A stretch of 64,000 nt of DNA from an uncultured Candidatus Saccharibacteria bacterium (GCA_964589975.1 CAZPVH010000003.1:5608-69607); one strand, 5' to 3'; shown: positions 45,020 through 55,444, counted from the stretch's first letter. Program-made: numbers and translations. The notes: generated by a model from the sequence alone, not told the origin.

Positions 45020-46249
45020 TTAGATATCTTTCATGATAATAGAATTTTGCCCAGCTAGTATCCAGTGTTTTTTGTCCTTTGTTACTTTTAGATTATTGAG
45101 CCATGCGTCTTCGATATAAATTACCTTTTCGACGCCGTCATTGAAATCGAGATGTATAACCTCAGTTTTCTGATTCTCGAAAGATCCTTTCCTTAAATAC
45201 ATTATTTTCGTTGGACTTATTACTTGAACATATTCTCGTGAAAAATTGTCATCGAACGCGCGACGCTGCAGAGTCTTGCCATTCTGGTCAACAATCTTTG
45301 CCACACTGAGTGGTTCCATCTCTCCCGGACCGTCTATCTCCTCCCCCACCATTGCGATTAGTTTAAGCTCCTGATCAAGCTCTACTCCGCCCATAAGCAT
45401 GCCCGAGGTCTCGCCGATATCCGCCACGAATTTGTTTGGCACATCAACTATGTAATCAAATGACCCATCGTCAAATCCGGCATTTACCCTAGCAATCTTT
45501 TCTGGCTCTATCCATTCAGCAAACCGCAGAGTCGACGACGGCATATCTATTCCAAGATTTGTATCGGCAGTTTTTGTTTGAGTGTCCCAAATGGCCAAGA
45601 TTCGTCCACGACCTGCTTCATATAGATTATCGATGGAGTTTTCTTGGTAGCCGAGTATACGTTTTGAGTCGCTGTACCATGCGTAGGCACCGTCGTACTG
45701 TTTGTCTGAGATTGTAGAAATTGTTTTAGCTCCTAGGTCGATTACACGAATACCCTTGTTCGTGTTATAAGCAAACTTCTTCTCGTCTGGTGAAAAGAAT
45801 CCTGTAAACGTCATATTCGCATCTGCATAGCTGTCTACTTTGCCGTCCGAAAGACGTGTGATGAAAATCTTGTCATTCTCTACGGACGCAAGCATGTTGC
45901 TGGAGCTCCATAATCCGAGCGGAGACCCGGGGATTTCCCACACTCTTCCGTCAGAGAGATCTGCAATGAAAATCATATTGTCGAATCGTGTCCCCTCTTC
46001 AAAGACTCCCCCAAACATAAGATAACTTTCATCTGGCGATAACTCCAAGTATCCGCCAAGCTTGTTTATCCCGAGGCCTAGCTCCGTAACCGGACGATTC
46101 CAAATATTTGCTTTTGCATTAAAGCCTTCATTTTTGGCAGGTTTTTCTTCGGTAGGAACAGGTGTCTCCACTTCAGTATTTTTAAAATACCTGAAGCCGA
46201 AAAAAGCGACAACTGCAATGACGACAATTGTTAGGATTGATTTAATCAT
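45020..46249 (-). CDS. membrane-anchored beta-propeller (TolB/PD40-like) protein, hypothetical
   Basis: N-terminal TM helix and repeated beta-strand-rich blades. Confidence 0.5.
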   Translation of the reverse strand: MIKSILTIVVIAVVAFFGFRYFKNTEVETPVPTEEKPAKNEGFNAKANIWNRPVTELGLGINKLGGYLELSPDESYLMFGGVFEEGTRFDNMIFIADLSDGRVWEIPGSPLGLWSSSNMLASVENDKIFITRLSDGKVDSYADANMTFTGFFSPDEKKFAYNTNKGIRVIDLGAKTISTISDKQYDGAYAWYSDSKRILGYQENSIDNLYEAGRGRILAIWDTQTKTADTNLGIDMPSSTLRFAEWIEPEKIARVNAGFDDGSFDYIVDVPNKFVADIGETSGMLMGGVELDQELKLIAMVGEEIDGPGEMEPLSVAKIVDQNGKTLQRRAFDDNFSREYVQVISPTKIMYLRKGSFENQKTEVIHLDFNDGVEKVIYIEDAWLNNLKVTKDKKHWILAGQNSIIMKDI

Positions 46250-46779
46250 TTATCTTTCAGTAAATCTTTGTGCTCCTTCGTGAGTTTCTGAAGCTTTGGT
46301 GTGATGACTATCTGGCAATACATCTTGTCTTTGTTCTTTGCAAAATAATCTCGGTGGTAATCTTCGGCTGGATAAAAATCATCGGCTAGTGCAACTTCTG
46401 TCACAATGGATTTTCCATCTGAAAGTTTCGCACCATGCTCCTTGATTTTTTCTTCTATTACTTCTTTCTGGGTATGGTCGGTGTAAAATATTGCGGAACG
46501 GTATTGGCTGCCAACGTCGGCGCCTTGGCGGTCGAGCGTTGTAGGATCATGACTATCAAAGAAAACATCGAGGATGGCTTCGGTTGAAACATGCTGACTG
46601 TCATATTCCACTTTTACGACTTCGGCATGACCGGTATTTCCGGAACAGACTTGTTCATAGGTCGGATTTGCAACATGTCCGCCCAGATATCCTGGGGTCA
46701 CGGAGAGTACGCCATGGAGAGCACGAAATACCGCCTCAGTACACCAGAAACATCCACCGGCTAGATAAATGGTCTCCAT
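46246..46779 (-). CDS. msrA: peptide-methionine (S)-S-oxide reductase
   Basis: Active-site motif GGCFWC. Confidence 0.9.
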   Translation of the reverse strand: METIYLAGGCFWCTEAVFRALHGVLSVTPGYLGGHVANPTYEQVCSGNTGHAEVVKVEYDSQHVSTEAILDVFFDSHDPTTLDRQGADVGSQYRSAIFYTDHTQKEVIEEKIKEHGAKLSDGKSIVTEVALADDFYPAEDYHRDYFAKNKDKMYCQIVITPKLQKLTKEHKDLLKDK

Positions 46780-46805
46780 GTGCTCAGTTTATCATAAATC
46801 AAGAC

Positions 46806-47309
46806 TCAAATCTTCCTGCTATCATACGCCCAATGGAGGATGGCCTGACGCTGGCGGGGACGGCATGTCATATCCCCGACTCTGCAATTATTGGATACCT
46901 GCGCCATATGCCGGCGGATGGCTTTCCAGCGTTTTATCTGCCTCGCATCTTCAGCCGGAATCCTGCGACCCATATAGTAACGACAATACCACTGAAACCA
47001 CCCACGCGGATCTTCGGGGTAAATCCAGCCTTTCTTTTGCCAAACCGAGAGTGGCTGGCTGGCGTTCATCTTGAAAAGATTAATTTCCTTATCACGTGGG
47101 CCTGTGGCAAACTTGGCCCGAGCAAACCACGACTCTGGGAACTCTTTCGTACAGTCGCGCATATACACCCCGCCGAATACACCCAGAGCGAGCATCTCCG
47201 CAGGAGTGAGGTCGGGCTTGAAGTCGGGCGCGAAGTTCCGTCCCGCGGGCTCAGTAAGATTGTACTTATAGCCCTTTTGCATCTTGTCATTTACAACTAC
47301 TTTTTTCAT
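46806..47309 (-). CDS. hypothetical Trp/Arg-rich protein (GC-rich gene)
   Basis: 167-aa ORF, GWFQWYCRYYMGRR-type composition; family not recognised. Confidence 0.5.
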   Translation of the reverse strand: MKKVVVNDKMQKGYKYNLTEPAGRNFAPDFKPDLTPAEMLALGVFGGVYMRDCTKEFPESWFARAKFATGPRDKEINLFKMNASQPLSVWQKKGWIYPEDPRGWFQWYCRYYMGRRIPAEDARQIKRWKAIRRHMAQVSNNCRVGDMTCRPRQRQAILHWAYDSRKI

Positions 47310-47385
47310 GCAGATATTCTATCAAATCGGCCAATTCACCGGTATGATAGAATTGATCCGTTATCAGGTTTAACAAATTTAAATT

Positions 47386-48081
47386 ATGAAAAGTTTTGCA
47401 ACAATATTAGTCCTATTAGTGGTTGTCGTCGGCGGGTACTTCCTATTAAAGGCCGATCCTGACATGCCAACTCCAAACGAAAATACAACTGGCGACGCGC
47501 CGATGAGCGGCGAAAATACTGAAGTTAATGAATCAATAGACGGGACCAAGGAATTTGACACTTCAGCAAGTTCGGCAAAATGGACCGGGTCAAAGACTCT
47601 CATCAAGGATTATTACGATGTCGGCAGCATAAACATCAAAAGCGGTAATGCGGTCTTCACGAACGGAATTCTGACCGGTGGCCAGGTCGTATTCGACATG
47701 AATTCAATAGCTACGACTTCGACAGGCAAAGGAAACGACGCCGACACAACCTCAAAAATGGCCGGACACCTGAAGTCTGATGCATTCTTTGATGTTGCGA
47801 AATATCCGGAAGCAAAGTTTGTCATCACAAGCGCCGCTAAAGAATCAGGCACCACGTACCTAGTTACTGGCGATCTGACAATTAAAGGAAAAACTGCTCC
47901 GGCAAGCTTCCCTGTCCAAGTAACGCAGTCGGCTGATGAAAAGGCTGTAATCTCTGGAACTGCAACCATCGACCGGACTGTTTACGATGTCCGGTTTGGC
48001 TCGACGAAATTCTTCCAGGACCTCGGGGACAACGTAATCAACGACGAATTCACACTCGAGTTCAGGGCAGTGACGAAATAA
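47386..48081 (+). CDS. YceI-family periplasmic protein
   Basis: Signal/anchor plus YceI-like domain (KSDAFFDVAKYPEAKF...TIKGKTAP). Confidence 0.8.
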   Translation: MKSFATILVLLVVVVGGYFLLKADPDMPTPNENTTGDAPMSGENTEVNESIDGTKEFDTSASSAKWTGSKTLIKDYYDVGSINIKSGNAVFTNGILTGGQVVFDMNSIATTSTGKGNDADTTSKMAGHLKSDAFFDVAKYPEAKFVITSAAKESGTTYLVTGDLTIKGKTAPASFPVQVTQSADEKAVISGTATIDRTVYDVRFGSTKFFQDLGDNVINDEFTLEFRAVTK

Positions 48082-48126
48082 GTATCTATAGATAAAAAAG
48101 TTCCCCGCACATCGTGCGGGGTTCTT

Positions 48127-48615
48127 TTATACTGCGTGGTTTTCTACAACCTCAATGCCCATCTCATGCAAACTCCTACGGACAGCTCGTCCATGCGCAT
48201 TGAATTGATTCAGGGCGCTCTTCTCAGAGATCGTTTCGCTGATGAACCTGTTTTCGCGCTCGGTCAACTCGTATAAGTAGCCCCCTCCCTCCCAATCTTC
48301 ATTGAAGATAAAGATGAAGGATTTTTCTGCTCCCCTGTTGAGACCCTTGCAGCGGATCCAGCGTTCCTTCAGGGCGTCTCGGAAGAAGCCTTTGGCCTTC
48401 ATAGAAGTGAGGATCGGCGACAAGCTTGTCAGCTTCAGGATGTCCAGAAAGAGAAGTCTCATCTCTCCCATGTCTTCGTTCGTAACCGAGACTTCTTTGA
48501 AGGGCACATACTCAGGAAACAGATCGATGCTCCGGAGCGTGAGACTCTTCTTACCCTCAGGTGTAATCACTGACACCAGATGAAGCCTTGGGATGCCCCA
48601 CTTATTGTTTTCCAT
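48127..48615 (-). CDS. hypothetical protein
   Basis: 162-aa ORF, no recognised family. Confidence 0.45.
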   Translation of the reverse strand: MENNKWGIPRLHLVSVITPEGKKSLTLRSIDLFPEYVPFKEVSVTNEDMGEMRLLFLDILKLTSLSPILTSMKAKGFFRDALKERWIRCKGLNRGAEKSFIFIFNEDWEGGGYLYELTERENRFISETISEKSALNQFNAHGRAVRRSLHEMGIEVVENHAV

Positions 48616-48669
48616 TTGTGCTGGTTTTTAGCGATACTACCTTTCACGAACCAGGTTGTCAATAAATAT

Positions 48670-49050
48670 CTAGAGAGGCACCGAGACAAGCGCGAGAATG
48701 ATGAGAAGCGATCCCGCTAACGCAAGATTTTTTGAGAAATTTATCTCATCGCTCATGCGTTCAGCCGCAGAAGAATGCGGGATCTTCCAGAATGCGTGCA
48801 TAGAGAATGCCGTAGCAATAAGAAAGGCAACAAGAAGCCAGAGTCCAACGACAACAGCTACGCCAGTTAGGATAGAAGCTCCGCCCGCGATGAGAAGTAC
48901 GCCGGTAAGCATAACCCCCTCTTTCGCCATTGGTATCTTCTTTGACTGTGCGTACGAAGTCATGCCATGTAGATTTTTGAAATGGTTTATACCGCTCCAA
49001 ATAAAGTATCCGCCCACGAGAATTCTGCCGATGATAAATATGCTGTCCAT
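48670..49050 (-). CDS. DoxX-family membrane protein
   Basis: IIGRILVGGYFIWSGINHF motif and 4-TM DoxX topology. Confidence 0.75.
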   Translation of the reverse strand: MDSIFIIGRILVGGYFIWSGINHFKNLHGMTSYAQSKKIPMAKEGVMLTGVLLIAGGASILTGVAVVVGLWLLVAFLIATAFSMHAFWKIPHSSAAERMSDEINFSKNLALAGSLLIILALVSVPL

Positions 49051-49131
49051 ATTGTTTTGCTTGTTAATTTATAACCTTGGATACATTTTAACATATCCCA
49101 AAGATGAAAGGCCCCACACGGTGGGGCCTCT

Positions 49132-49551
49132 TCATTCCTTCAAGGCTATCAAGAGAGCCTTCAAGCGAGCTTCGATATTCTTACCAGCCTGACTCTCTCT
49201 GACCTTCTCATATTCACTATCCATGCCTCCATCAGCCGTCTCAATGAAGTGACCGACAGTGCCTCGGTTTCTTCCATAGATCCCCGCGGCCGTTTCTTTA
49301 ACACTCGCCACATTCCCCAGAGCTTCCAGTATGTCGAGAGTCGAAACCATGAGGAACCCTCGGAACGTCGCCAATTCCTTCGTCTTACTCGGACTGAAAA
49401 CATCTTCTGGCCTAATGCCGAGCGACTCGCCTTCTTTGATGCAAGCAATAGCCGTATCAGCAAACAAAGCCTCTGGACTTCCCGGCGGATAGTAGTGGCC
49501 AAGAGTCTTTTGGGTATAATCCCAGATCTTTACGCCTTTGAAATTGAGCAT
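49132..49551 (-). CDS. hypothetical protein
   Basis: 139-aa ORF, no recognised family. Confidence 0.45.
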   Translation of the reverse strand: MLNFKGVKIWDYTQKTLGHYYPPGSPEALFADTAIACIKEGESLGIRPEDVFSPSKTKELATFRGFLMVSTLDILEALGNVASVKETAAGIYGRNRGTVGHFIETADGGMDSEYEKVRESQAGKNIEARLKALLIALKE

Positions 49552-49744
49552 TTTTTGTTGGTTTTTGATAAGTCTACTCAGATCGTAGCTTTTGTCAAAA
49601 GGAATTCCGGAGGATTAAAATCGTAATTTAGGGCTTGAAACTCCTAGTAAACCTATATAAATAAGGCTCTTTGGCCTTGACATTTTGGTCATTTAGTGCT
49701 ACTATATATAGGAAAACTGAACATAACACAACTGCATACAAAAC

Positions 49745-51355
49745 ATGGAAACTACCACCACCACCGAAGGCGCTGAGGCGCCCAAGAAGCCTCGCGGAGA
49801 AAAGATGAGAAGGTTTGGGCAGAACTTGGCCGAATTTGCCAAGCAAAGTCCAGGCTGGATCGCCTCGTTCTTCTCGGTTTTCTTGAACTTCATGATGACG
49901 CTGTTCACTTGGGTAGCCGGCTGTGACCTGGCTGTGATCGGCACGATGCCGACTGGCGAGATCAACAAGAAGGCTGCTATCGGCCTCACCATGCTGTTCA
50001 CGATCGCTGTGGCAGCGTTCGCTGCCGGAAATGCCGGGGCGATATTCCTCTCTCCAGGCCTCGTGATACCCTTCGCCATATTGTGGGCCGGCGTGATCTT
50101 CTCTATCGATCGCGCCATCATCGTCTTCATGGACACCAAACAGGCTCATGCGGCTGCGAATGGCAATGGCACAAGCAATTGGAGCAAGTGGAGCGCCATC
50201 GGTGGTCGCTTTGTAATCATCTTCTGCATGAGCTATCTAACCTCGACAGCTGTCGAGATGCTCATCTTCGAGAAAGAGATCGAAGGCGTCATTTCTGAGA
50301 AGCGAGACAAGCAATCGGAAAAAGTCCGCAATGAATCGGACTCTCTCCGAAACGTTCTCTCTGCAGAAAAAGCAACGATAAACGAAACGCTGAGTGGCAA
50401 ACGTGGCGAACTCGCAAGCTATGCATCGACCCTCGACGCTGAGATCAACGCTCTGCGCCAGAATATCCAGGCCGAACAGGACACCCTCAGACTTGAGATC
50501 CAAGGCCGAGTAGGTTCAGGAAAACAAGGTGCGGGACCTGCCGCGGAAGCAATCAGGGCAAACATCTCGGCAGACGAAGCTGAGTTGGCTGAGCTCATCG
50601 CAAAACGCGGTGCTCTGATCGCAGGATCAGTTGCTCAAAGCGAAGTGAAAGCGAACGAAGAGTTCGCCGATAACCGCTTCAAGGAACTCGACGAACGGCG
50701 CAAAATAATCGATGAAGACGAGACGAGGAAACTCGCCGAGGTTACAACGGTGGTTGGTGATGGCTTCAAAGATCGCTACCTGGCCCTGCAAAGGCTTTGG
50801 AGCGATACACCATTCCTGATGTTTATGGTGTTTCTGCTTCTCATGATCATCGAATCGATGCCAATCCTCTTGAAGCTATTCTCCGGAATCGGCCGATATG
50901 AGGAAGGTCTGGCGCAACAATACGCCCAGCACAAAGCCGACAAGATGAACGCCGTGGCCATGAAGTTAACTGAGAACCAGCTAACTCACGAAAACGGAAT
51001 GCTTGCCATAACCAAGAAACTAAATGAAGTAAGGCAGCAGAACACGGAGCTCATGACCGAACATGCCCGCATCGCGACACAGCGCGAAACTGAGCTCGCT
51101 GAAGCTGAAAAGGCCCGGAGAGCAAACGCCTCGACCGCAAGCCTAGACGAGTTCGATTCTGAGCTCGAGCTGATGGATAAGAAATTGAGCAAAGCCGCTG
51201 CCTTCGTTAAGAAAGCAGATATAACCTTGGTAATTGATGAAACCTCTAATTCTCCGGAATCAAGATGGACCATCAAGGCTATCAAGGAAAGGTTCTTCGA
51301 TGCCATCAAACTGAAGGCTACAAAAGCCACAGAGGTGGCTGAGGAAGAAGCCTAA
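49745..51355 (+). CDS. DUF4407-like membrane protein with long coiled-coil region (GC-rich gene)
   Basis: N-terminal cluster of TM helices, ~250-aa coiled-coil, second hydrophobic segment; TTGACA-17-TACTAT promoter-like sequence just upstream. Confidence 0.6.
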   Translation: METTTTTEGAEAPKKPRGEKMRRFGQNLAEFAKQSPGWIASFFSVFLNFMMTLFTWVAGCDLAVIGTMPTGEINKKAAIGLTMLFTIAVAAFAAGNAGAIFLSPGLVIPFAILWAGVIFSIDRAIIVFMDTKQAHAAANGNGTSNWSKWSAIGGRFVIIFCMSYLTSTAVEMLIFEKEIEGVISEKRDKQSEKVRNESDSLRNVLSAEKATINETLSGKRGELASYASTLDAEINALRQNIQAEQDTLRLEIQGRVGSGKQGAGPAAEAIRANISADEAELAELIAKRGALIAGSVAQSEVKANEEFADNRFKELDERRKIIDEDETRKLAEVTTVVGDGFKDRYLALQRLWSDTPFLMFMVFLLLMIIESMPILLKLFSGIGRYEEGLAQQYAQHKADKMNAVAMKLTENQLTHENGMLAITKKLNEVRQQNTELMTEHARIATQRETELAEAEKARRANASTASLDEFDSELELMDKKLSKAAAFVKKADITLVIDETSNSPESRWTIKAIKERFFDAIKLKATKATEVAEEEA

Positions 51356-51410
51356 CCATGTACAGTATGCAAAAAGGGCCCCCGTTAGCGGGGGCCCTTT
51401 TTCGTTCATG

Positions 51411-52676
51411 TTAGACAAATTTTTCCGGCACTTTGAATCTCTTGGCGAGCTTCACTATCTCAGCTTTTGCCATAGCCAAAGTTTTCTTGTCATCCTTATT
51501 TCTGAGAACCTCGATCATGATCTCCGCCACGCGCGCGCAGTCTTTTTCTTTGAAGCCACGAGTCGTGATGGCCGGCGTGCCGAAGCGAATACCGGATGGA
51601 TCCATGGGCTTTCTGACATCGTCGGCTATGGCGTTCATATTGAGGGTGATCCCGACAGTGTCGAGAGTCGTCTGCGCTTCCTTCCCTGTTACGCCAAGCG
51701 AGCCGAAAACGTCCGCGAGTATCAAATGGTTATCGGTCCCTCCGGCAATCATGCGGATCTCCTCGCGCTTAAAAACTTTCTCCATGGCCTTGGCGTTTTT
51801 GAGAACTTGTTTGGCGTATTTTTTAAAAGATGGCTTGAGAGCTTCGCCGAAAGCAACTGCTTTGGCCGCAATGACGTTCATGTGCGGTCCGCCTTGGAGA
51901 CCAGGGAAAATAGCTTTATTTATTTTCTGAATAATTTCCTCGTTCTCTCGGACCAGGATCATACCGCCACGTGGACCACGGAGAGTCTTGTGAGTTGTTG
52001 TTGTAATAACATCAAACCCGGCGTCAAAAGGATTAGGTAGCGCGCCGCCGGCAATAAGGCCAGCGATGTGAGCCATATCAGCCACGGTGATAGCTCCAAC
52101 TTCGCGGGCAATAGAGACAAATTTCTTGTAATCAAGATTACGAGGGTACGCAGAAAATCCAGCCAAGATTATCTTCGGCCTCTCCTTTAGAGCAACTTTC
52201 CGGAGCTCAGCGTAATCAATCTCGCCCGTCTCAATATTTTTCATCTTGTATCTAACAAATCGAAAAACCTTGGCCGGGAATGTTACAGGATGCCCGTGCG
52301 TGAGATGTCCGCCGTGAGATAGATCCATGCCGAGCACAGTGTCTCCTGGCTCAAGGAGGGCCGCGTAGACAGCCATATTCGCCGGCGCGCCGGAGAGCGG
52401 CTGGACGTTTGCATATTTGCACTTGAACAATTTACAGGCGCGGGCAATGGCCAGATTCTCTATTTGGTCCGTAAATTCCTGGCCGCCATAATATCGCCGG
52501 CCGGGGTAGCCTTCGGAATACTTATTCGTAAAGACGGAGCCGTTTGCTTCTCTGACCGCGAGCGACACATAATTCTCGGATGGAATAAGCTCCAGGCCTT
52601 CGGCCTCTCGCTTCTCCTCGCCCGCTATAGCGCGAGCTACATCTTTATCTTGTTTTTTTATGAAATATTTTTTCAT
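51411..52676 (-). CDS. glyA: serine hydroxymethyltransferase
   Basis: SHMT motifs (LELIPSENY, HGGHLTHG, TTTTHKTLRGPRGG). Confidence 0.95.
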   Translation of the reverse strand: MKKYFIKKQDKDVARAIAGEEKREAEGLELIPSENYVSLAVREANGSVFTNKYSEGYPGRRYYGGQEFTDQIENLAIARACKLFKCKYANVQPLSGAPANMAVYAALLEPGDTVLGMDLSHGGHLTHGHPVTFPAKVFRFVRYKMKNIETGEIDYAELRKVALKERPKIILAGFSAYPRNLDYKKFVSIAREVGAITVADMAHIAGLIAGGALPNPFDAGFDVITTTTHKTLRGPRGGMILVRENEEIIQKINKAIFPGLQGGPHMNVIAAKAVAFGEALKPSFKKYAKQVLKNAKAMEKVFKREEIRMIAGGTDNHLILADVFGSLGVTGKEAQTTLDTVGITLNMNAIADDVRKPMDPSGIRFGTPAITTRGFKEKDCARVAEIMIEVLRNKDDKKTLAMAKAEIVKLAKRFKVPEKFV

Positions 52677-52678
52677 GT

Positions 52679-53104
52679 CTATTTATCTCCTGTCGAACCG
52701 AAGCCACCGATGCCCCTGACAGTATCGGTTATTTCCTGAGTCTCGATCAAATTGCAATCTTCGAACTTCTGAACAAGCATCTGAGAAACCTTTGTGCCGG
52801 CTTCGACGATCTGCTCCTTATCCGAAGTATTATACAGGGACAGCATTACTTCGCCACGGTAGCCGGAATCAATAACCCCGCCCATGACTTTCAGGCCCTT
52901 TTGGAAAGAAATACTCGACTTGTCCCAAAAAAGCCCGACATATCCGTCCGGAATCTCGACAGCGATGCCGGTTCGAATGCTTCTTTGGCTTTGCGGCAAG
53001 AGTCGCACGGTTTCGAGAGCGAAGAAATCTATTCCCGCGTCACCCGGATTTCCCTTTTTGGGAGGCTTCGCGCCAGATTCTAAAATTTTAAATCGTAGTT
53101 CCAT
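52679..53104 (-). CDS. dut: dUTP diphosphatase
   Basis: dUTPase motifs (GDAGIDF, GVIDSGYRGE). Confidence 0.9.
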   Translation of the reverse strand: MELRFKILESGAKPPKKGNPGDAGIDFFALETVRLLPQSQRSIRTGIAVEIPDGYVGLFWDKSSISFQKGLKVMGGVIDSGYRGEVMLSLYNTSDKEQIVEAGTKVSQMLVQKFEDCNLIETQEITDTVRGIGGFGSTGDK

Positions 53105-53107
53105 AAA

Positions 53108-53803
53108 TTATTTTGTCTTTAGTTTCTTCATCACATATTCGAACACATCTTCATGAATAGATTCGATTGACCTCATGCGCCGGCCATCCGTACAACCGAT
53201 CCGATGAAAGGTCTTATCGATCTTTGAGAGCCAAAGCGCCGTAGCTCGAGTGCGAGTCAGGTGGGCAGTATCGGCCTCAGCCACATCCTGCTTGCCCTTG
53301 GCGTACTTCTTCTTGGCTTTAGCCCACTTGTCGGCTAGAAGCTTTTGGCTTACTGGAACTGGCACATCCAGAAAGACAATTATGTCCGGACGCGGGATGC
53401 CGAAGACCTGATGCTCCATTGTATCGAGCCAAGAAAGCAGCGCTTGGCGCTTCGCATGGCTCTTGATCTTCGAGCCTTGATGGATCTTGCTAGAGCTCGC
53501 GTAGCGATCACACACGACCGTATATTCCTTCTTAAGCCAATCCTCTAAAACCTTTTTCGACTCAAACCTATCCGCGGCATATATGACCGAAGCGATCTTC
53601 GGATGGATATTCATAAAGTCGTAGTAACGCTCCGTGAGGCAGTGTCCGATAAACTTGCCAAAGAAATTATCTTCATAGCGTGGGAAGTCGATTGAAACAG
53701 CCTTCTTCCCCTCTTTTCGGAGACGTTCAATGAGGATTTTAGCCTGGGTAGCTTTGCCGGAACCGTCAGTACCGTCAATGACGATGAGTTTGCCTCTTTT
53801 CAT
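53108..53803 (-). CDS. tmk: thymidylate kinase
   Basis: P-loop IVIDGTDGSGKATQ and DRY motif CDRYASSS..HQG. Confidence 0.8.
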   Translation of the reverse strand: MKRGKLIVIDGTDGSGKATQAKILIERLRKEGKKAVSIDFPRYEDNFFGKFIGHCLTERYYDFMNIHPKIASVIYAADRFESKKVLEDWLKKEYTVVCDRYASSSKIHQGSKIKSHAKRQALLSWLDTMEHQVFGIPRPDIIVFLDVPVPVSQKLLADKWAKAKKKYAKGKQDVAEADTAHLTRTRATALWLSKIDKTFHRIGCTDGRRMRSIESIHEDVFEYVMKKLKTK

Positions 53804-53895
53804 GCATGGATTGTAACACAGCCCGAGGATTGACGAATTTACTTAAAAAATGCCAAACCCGGGCCTGATTCCAAGGTGGCCTGAAGTCCGATATA

Positions 53896-54753
53896 ATGAG
53901 CGGTATGAAAAACTACCAGGACCTCATGAAGAAAATCATGGACCAGGGTGTCGATCGTGAAGGACGAAACGGCAAGACTCGCGGACTTTTTACCGAGCAG
54001 CTTCGTTTCGATCTTACTGAAGGCTTCCCGGCCATGACGACCAAAAAATTAGCTTTCCGATCAGCTGCGGCGGAACTTTTCTGGTTTATGTCCGGATATT
54101 CGGATAACAATGAGCTCACACGACTCGGCTGCAATATCTGGACAGAGAATGCCGAAGCTCCCTACTGGAAGCCAAAGGCGAAATTCGATGGCGACCTGGG
54201 CCGGATCTACGGCGTGCAGTGGCGCGACTGGATAAATTCCGAGGGCAAGCACTTCGATCAGCTCCAAAGCATTATCGACCGCCTTCGGACAGACCCGAGC
54301 GACCGCCGCCTAATCGTGACCGCCTGGAATCCGGGCGAGCTCGACCAGATGGCCCTGCCGCCATGCCACATGATGTTCCAGTTCTTTGTGGCAAACGGCA
54401 AGCTCTCGCTCCACATGTTCCAAAGAAGTTGCGACATGTTCCTAGGAGTACCGTTTAACATCGCTTCCTACGCCCTCATGCTTTCCCTGGTGGCCCAGAT
54501 GACGAATCTGGTTCACGGAGAACTCATCCTAACTCTCGGCGACGCGCATATTTACCACGATCATTTTGACGCCGTTAAAGAGCAGCTTGAGAGGACGCCT
54601 TATGCCTTGCCGAAGCTTTGGATCAATCCGAGCATCAAGACGCTGGAGGATCTTGATACGAAAAAGATAAAGGATCCGGACGGAGTATATGAATTAGTGA
54701 AGCTTGTCGATTATCAGTCTCATCCCGCTATAAAGGCGAAGATGGCAGTTTAA
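53896..54753 (+). CDS. thyA: thymidylate synthase (ThyA type)
   Basis: ThyA catalytic region ALPPCHMMFQF and full-length similarity. Confidence 0.95.
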   Translation: MSGMKNYQDLMKKIMDQGVDREGRNGKTRGLFTEQLRFDLTEGFPAMTTKKLAFRSAAAELFWFMSGYSDNNELTRLGCNIWTENAEAPYWKPKAKFDGDLGRIYGVQWRDWINSEGKHFDQLQSIIDRLRTDPSDRRLIVTAWNPGELDQMALPPCHMMFQFFVANGKLSLHMFQRSCDMFLGVPFNIASYALMLSLVAQMTNLVHGELILTLGDAHIYHDHFDAVKEQLERTPYALPKLWINPSIKTLEDLDTKKIKDPDGVYELVKLVDYQSHPAIKAKMAV

Positions 54754-54760
54754 GAAAATT

Positions 54761-55444
54761 ATGGCGCTATCAGACAAAAGGATATTGGAAGAAATGAAGA
54801 AGGGCGATATCATCATCGACCCGTTTATCAGAAAGAATCTCGCGACTTCGAGCTATGACCTCACGCTCGGCGAATTCTATTTCCGCGAGCAGCCACCAAA
54901 GTACAACCACAATCTCTTTAACATCTGGAACCAAGAGCACGTTGAACATGTCTGGGGCAAGAAGGCCTTTAAGGCCGAAAAAGCGAGCGAGGTATTCAAG
55001 AAATATAACTTCAATTACGTCGGCATAGACCGGAACGACAGAGTGATCCTGATCCGACCTGGAGAAACGATTTTGGCCCACACAAACGAGTTTATCGGTG
55101 GCAAGAATCATATCACAACCATGATGAAAGCCCGCTCATCCATGGGCCGAAGCTTCATAGAGGTTTGTAAGTGCGCAGGCTGGGGCGATGTAGGCTATGT
55201 GAACCGATGGACAATGGAAATTACGAACAATTCAAAAAATTACGCCATCCCCCTCGTTGTCGGCCGCCGCATTGCCCAACTCGTTTTCTTCGAGACCGGA
55301 CCGATCCTTGATCGCGACTATACCAAGGCCGGAAAATACTCGACTTCAACTGATCTAAAGGTCTTGAAGAAAAAATGGAAACCAAGCGATATGATCCCAC
55401 GGCTTTACAAAGACGCGAATGGAGAGAAGAAGAAAAAGAAATGA
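54761..55444 (+). CDS. dcd: dCTP deaminase family protein
   Basis: Dcd/dUTPase-like jelly-roll motifs (RSSMGRSFIEV...GW.G....E). Confidence 0.75.
   Translation: MALSDKRILEEMKKGDIIIDPFIRKNLATSSYDLTLGEFYFREQPPKYNHNLFNIWNQEHVEHVWGKKAFKAEKASEVFKKYNFNYVGIDRNDRVILIRPGETILAHTNEFIGGKNHITTMMKARSSMGRSFIEVCKCAGWGDVGYVNRWTMEITNNSKNYAIPLVVGRRIAQLVFFETGPILDRDYTKAGKYSTSTDLKVLKKKWKPSDMIPRLYKDANGEKKKKK

Noticed and set aside
46584-47462. 292-aa plus-strand ORF spanning the msrA 5' end, the GC-rich hypothetical gene and the yceI start
   Set aside because: Lies antisense across two real genes in a GC-rich stretch, where long spurious ORFs are expected.
49628-50149. 173-aa and 145-aa minus-strand ORFs overlapping the 5' part of the DUF4407-like gene
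   Set aside because: Shadow ORFs in a GC-rich gene. The plus-strand reading frame has a coherent TM plus coiled-coil architecture, a promoter and an ATG.
55375-55440. 22-codon N-terminal extension of folA overlapping dcd
   Set aside because: The extension is out of keeping with DHFR N-termini. The Met at 55441 gives the common ATGA stop/start overlap with dcd.
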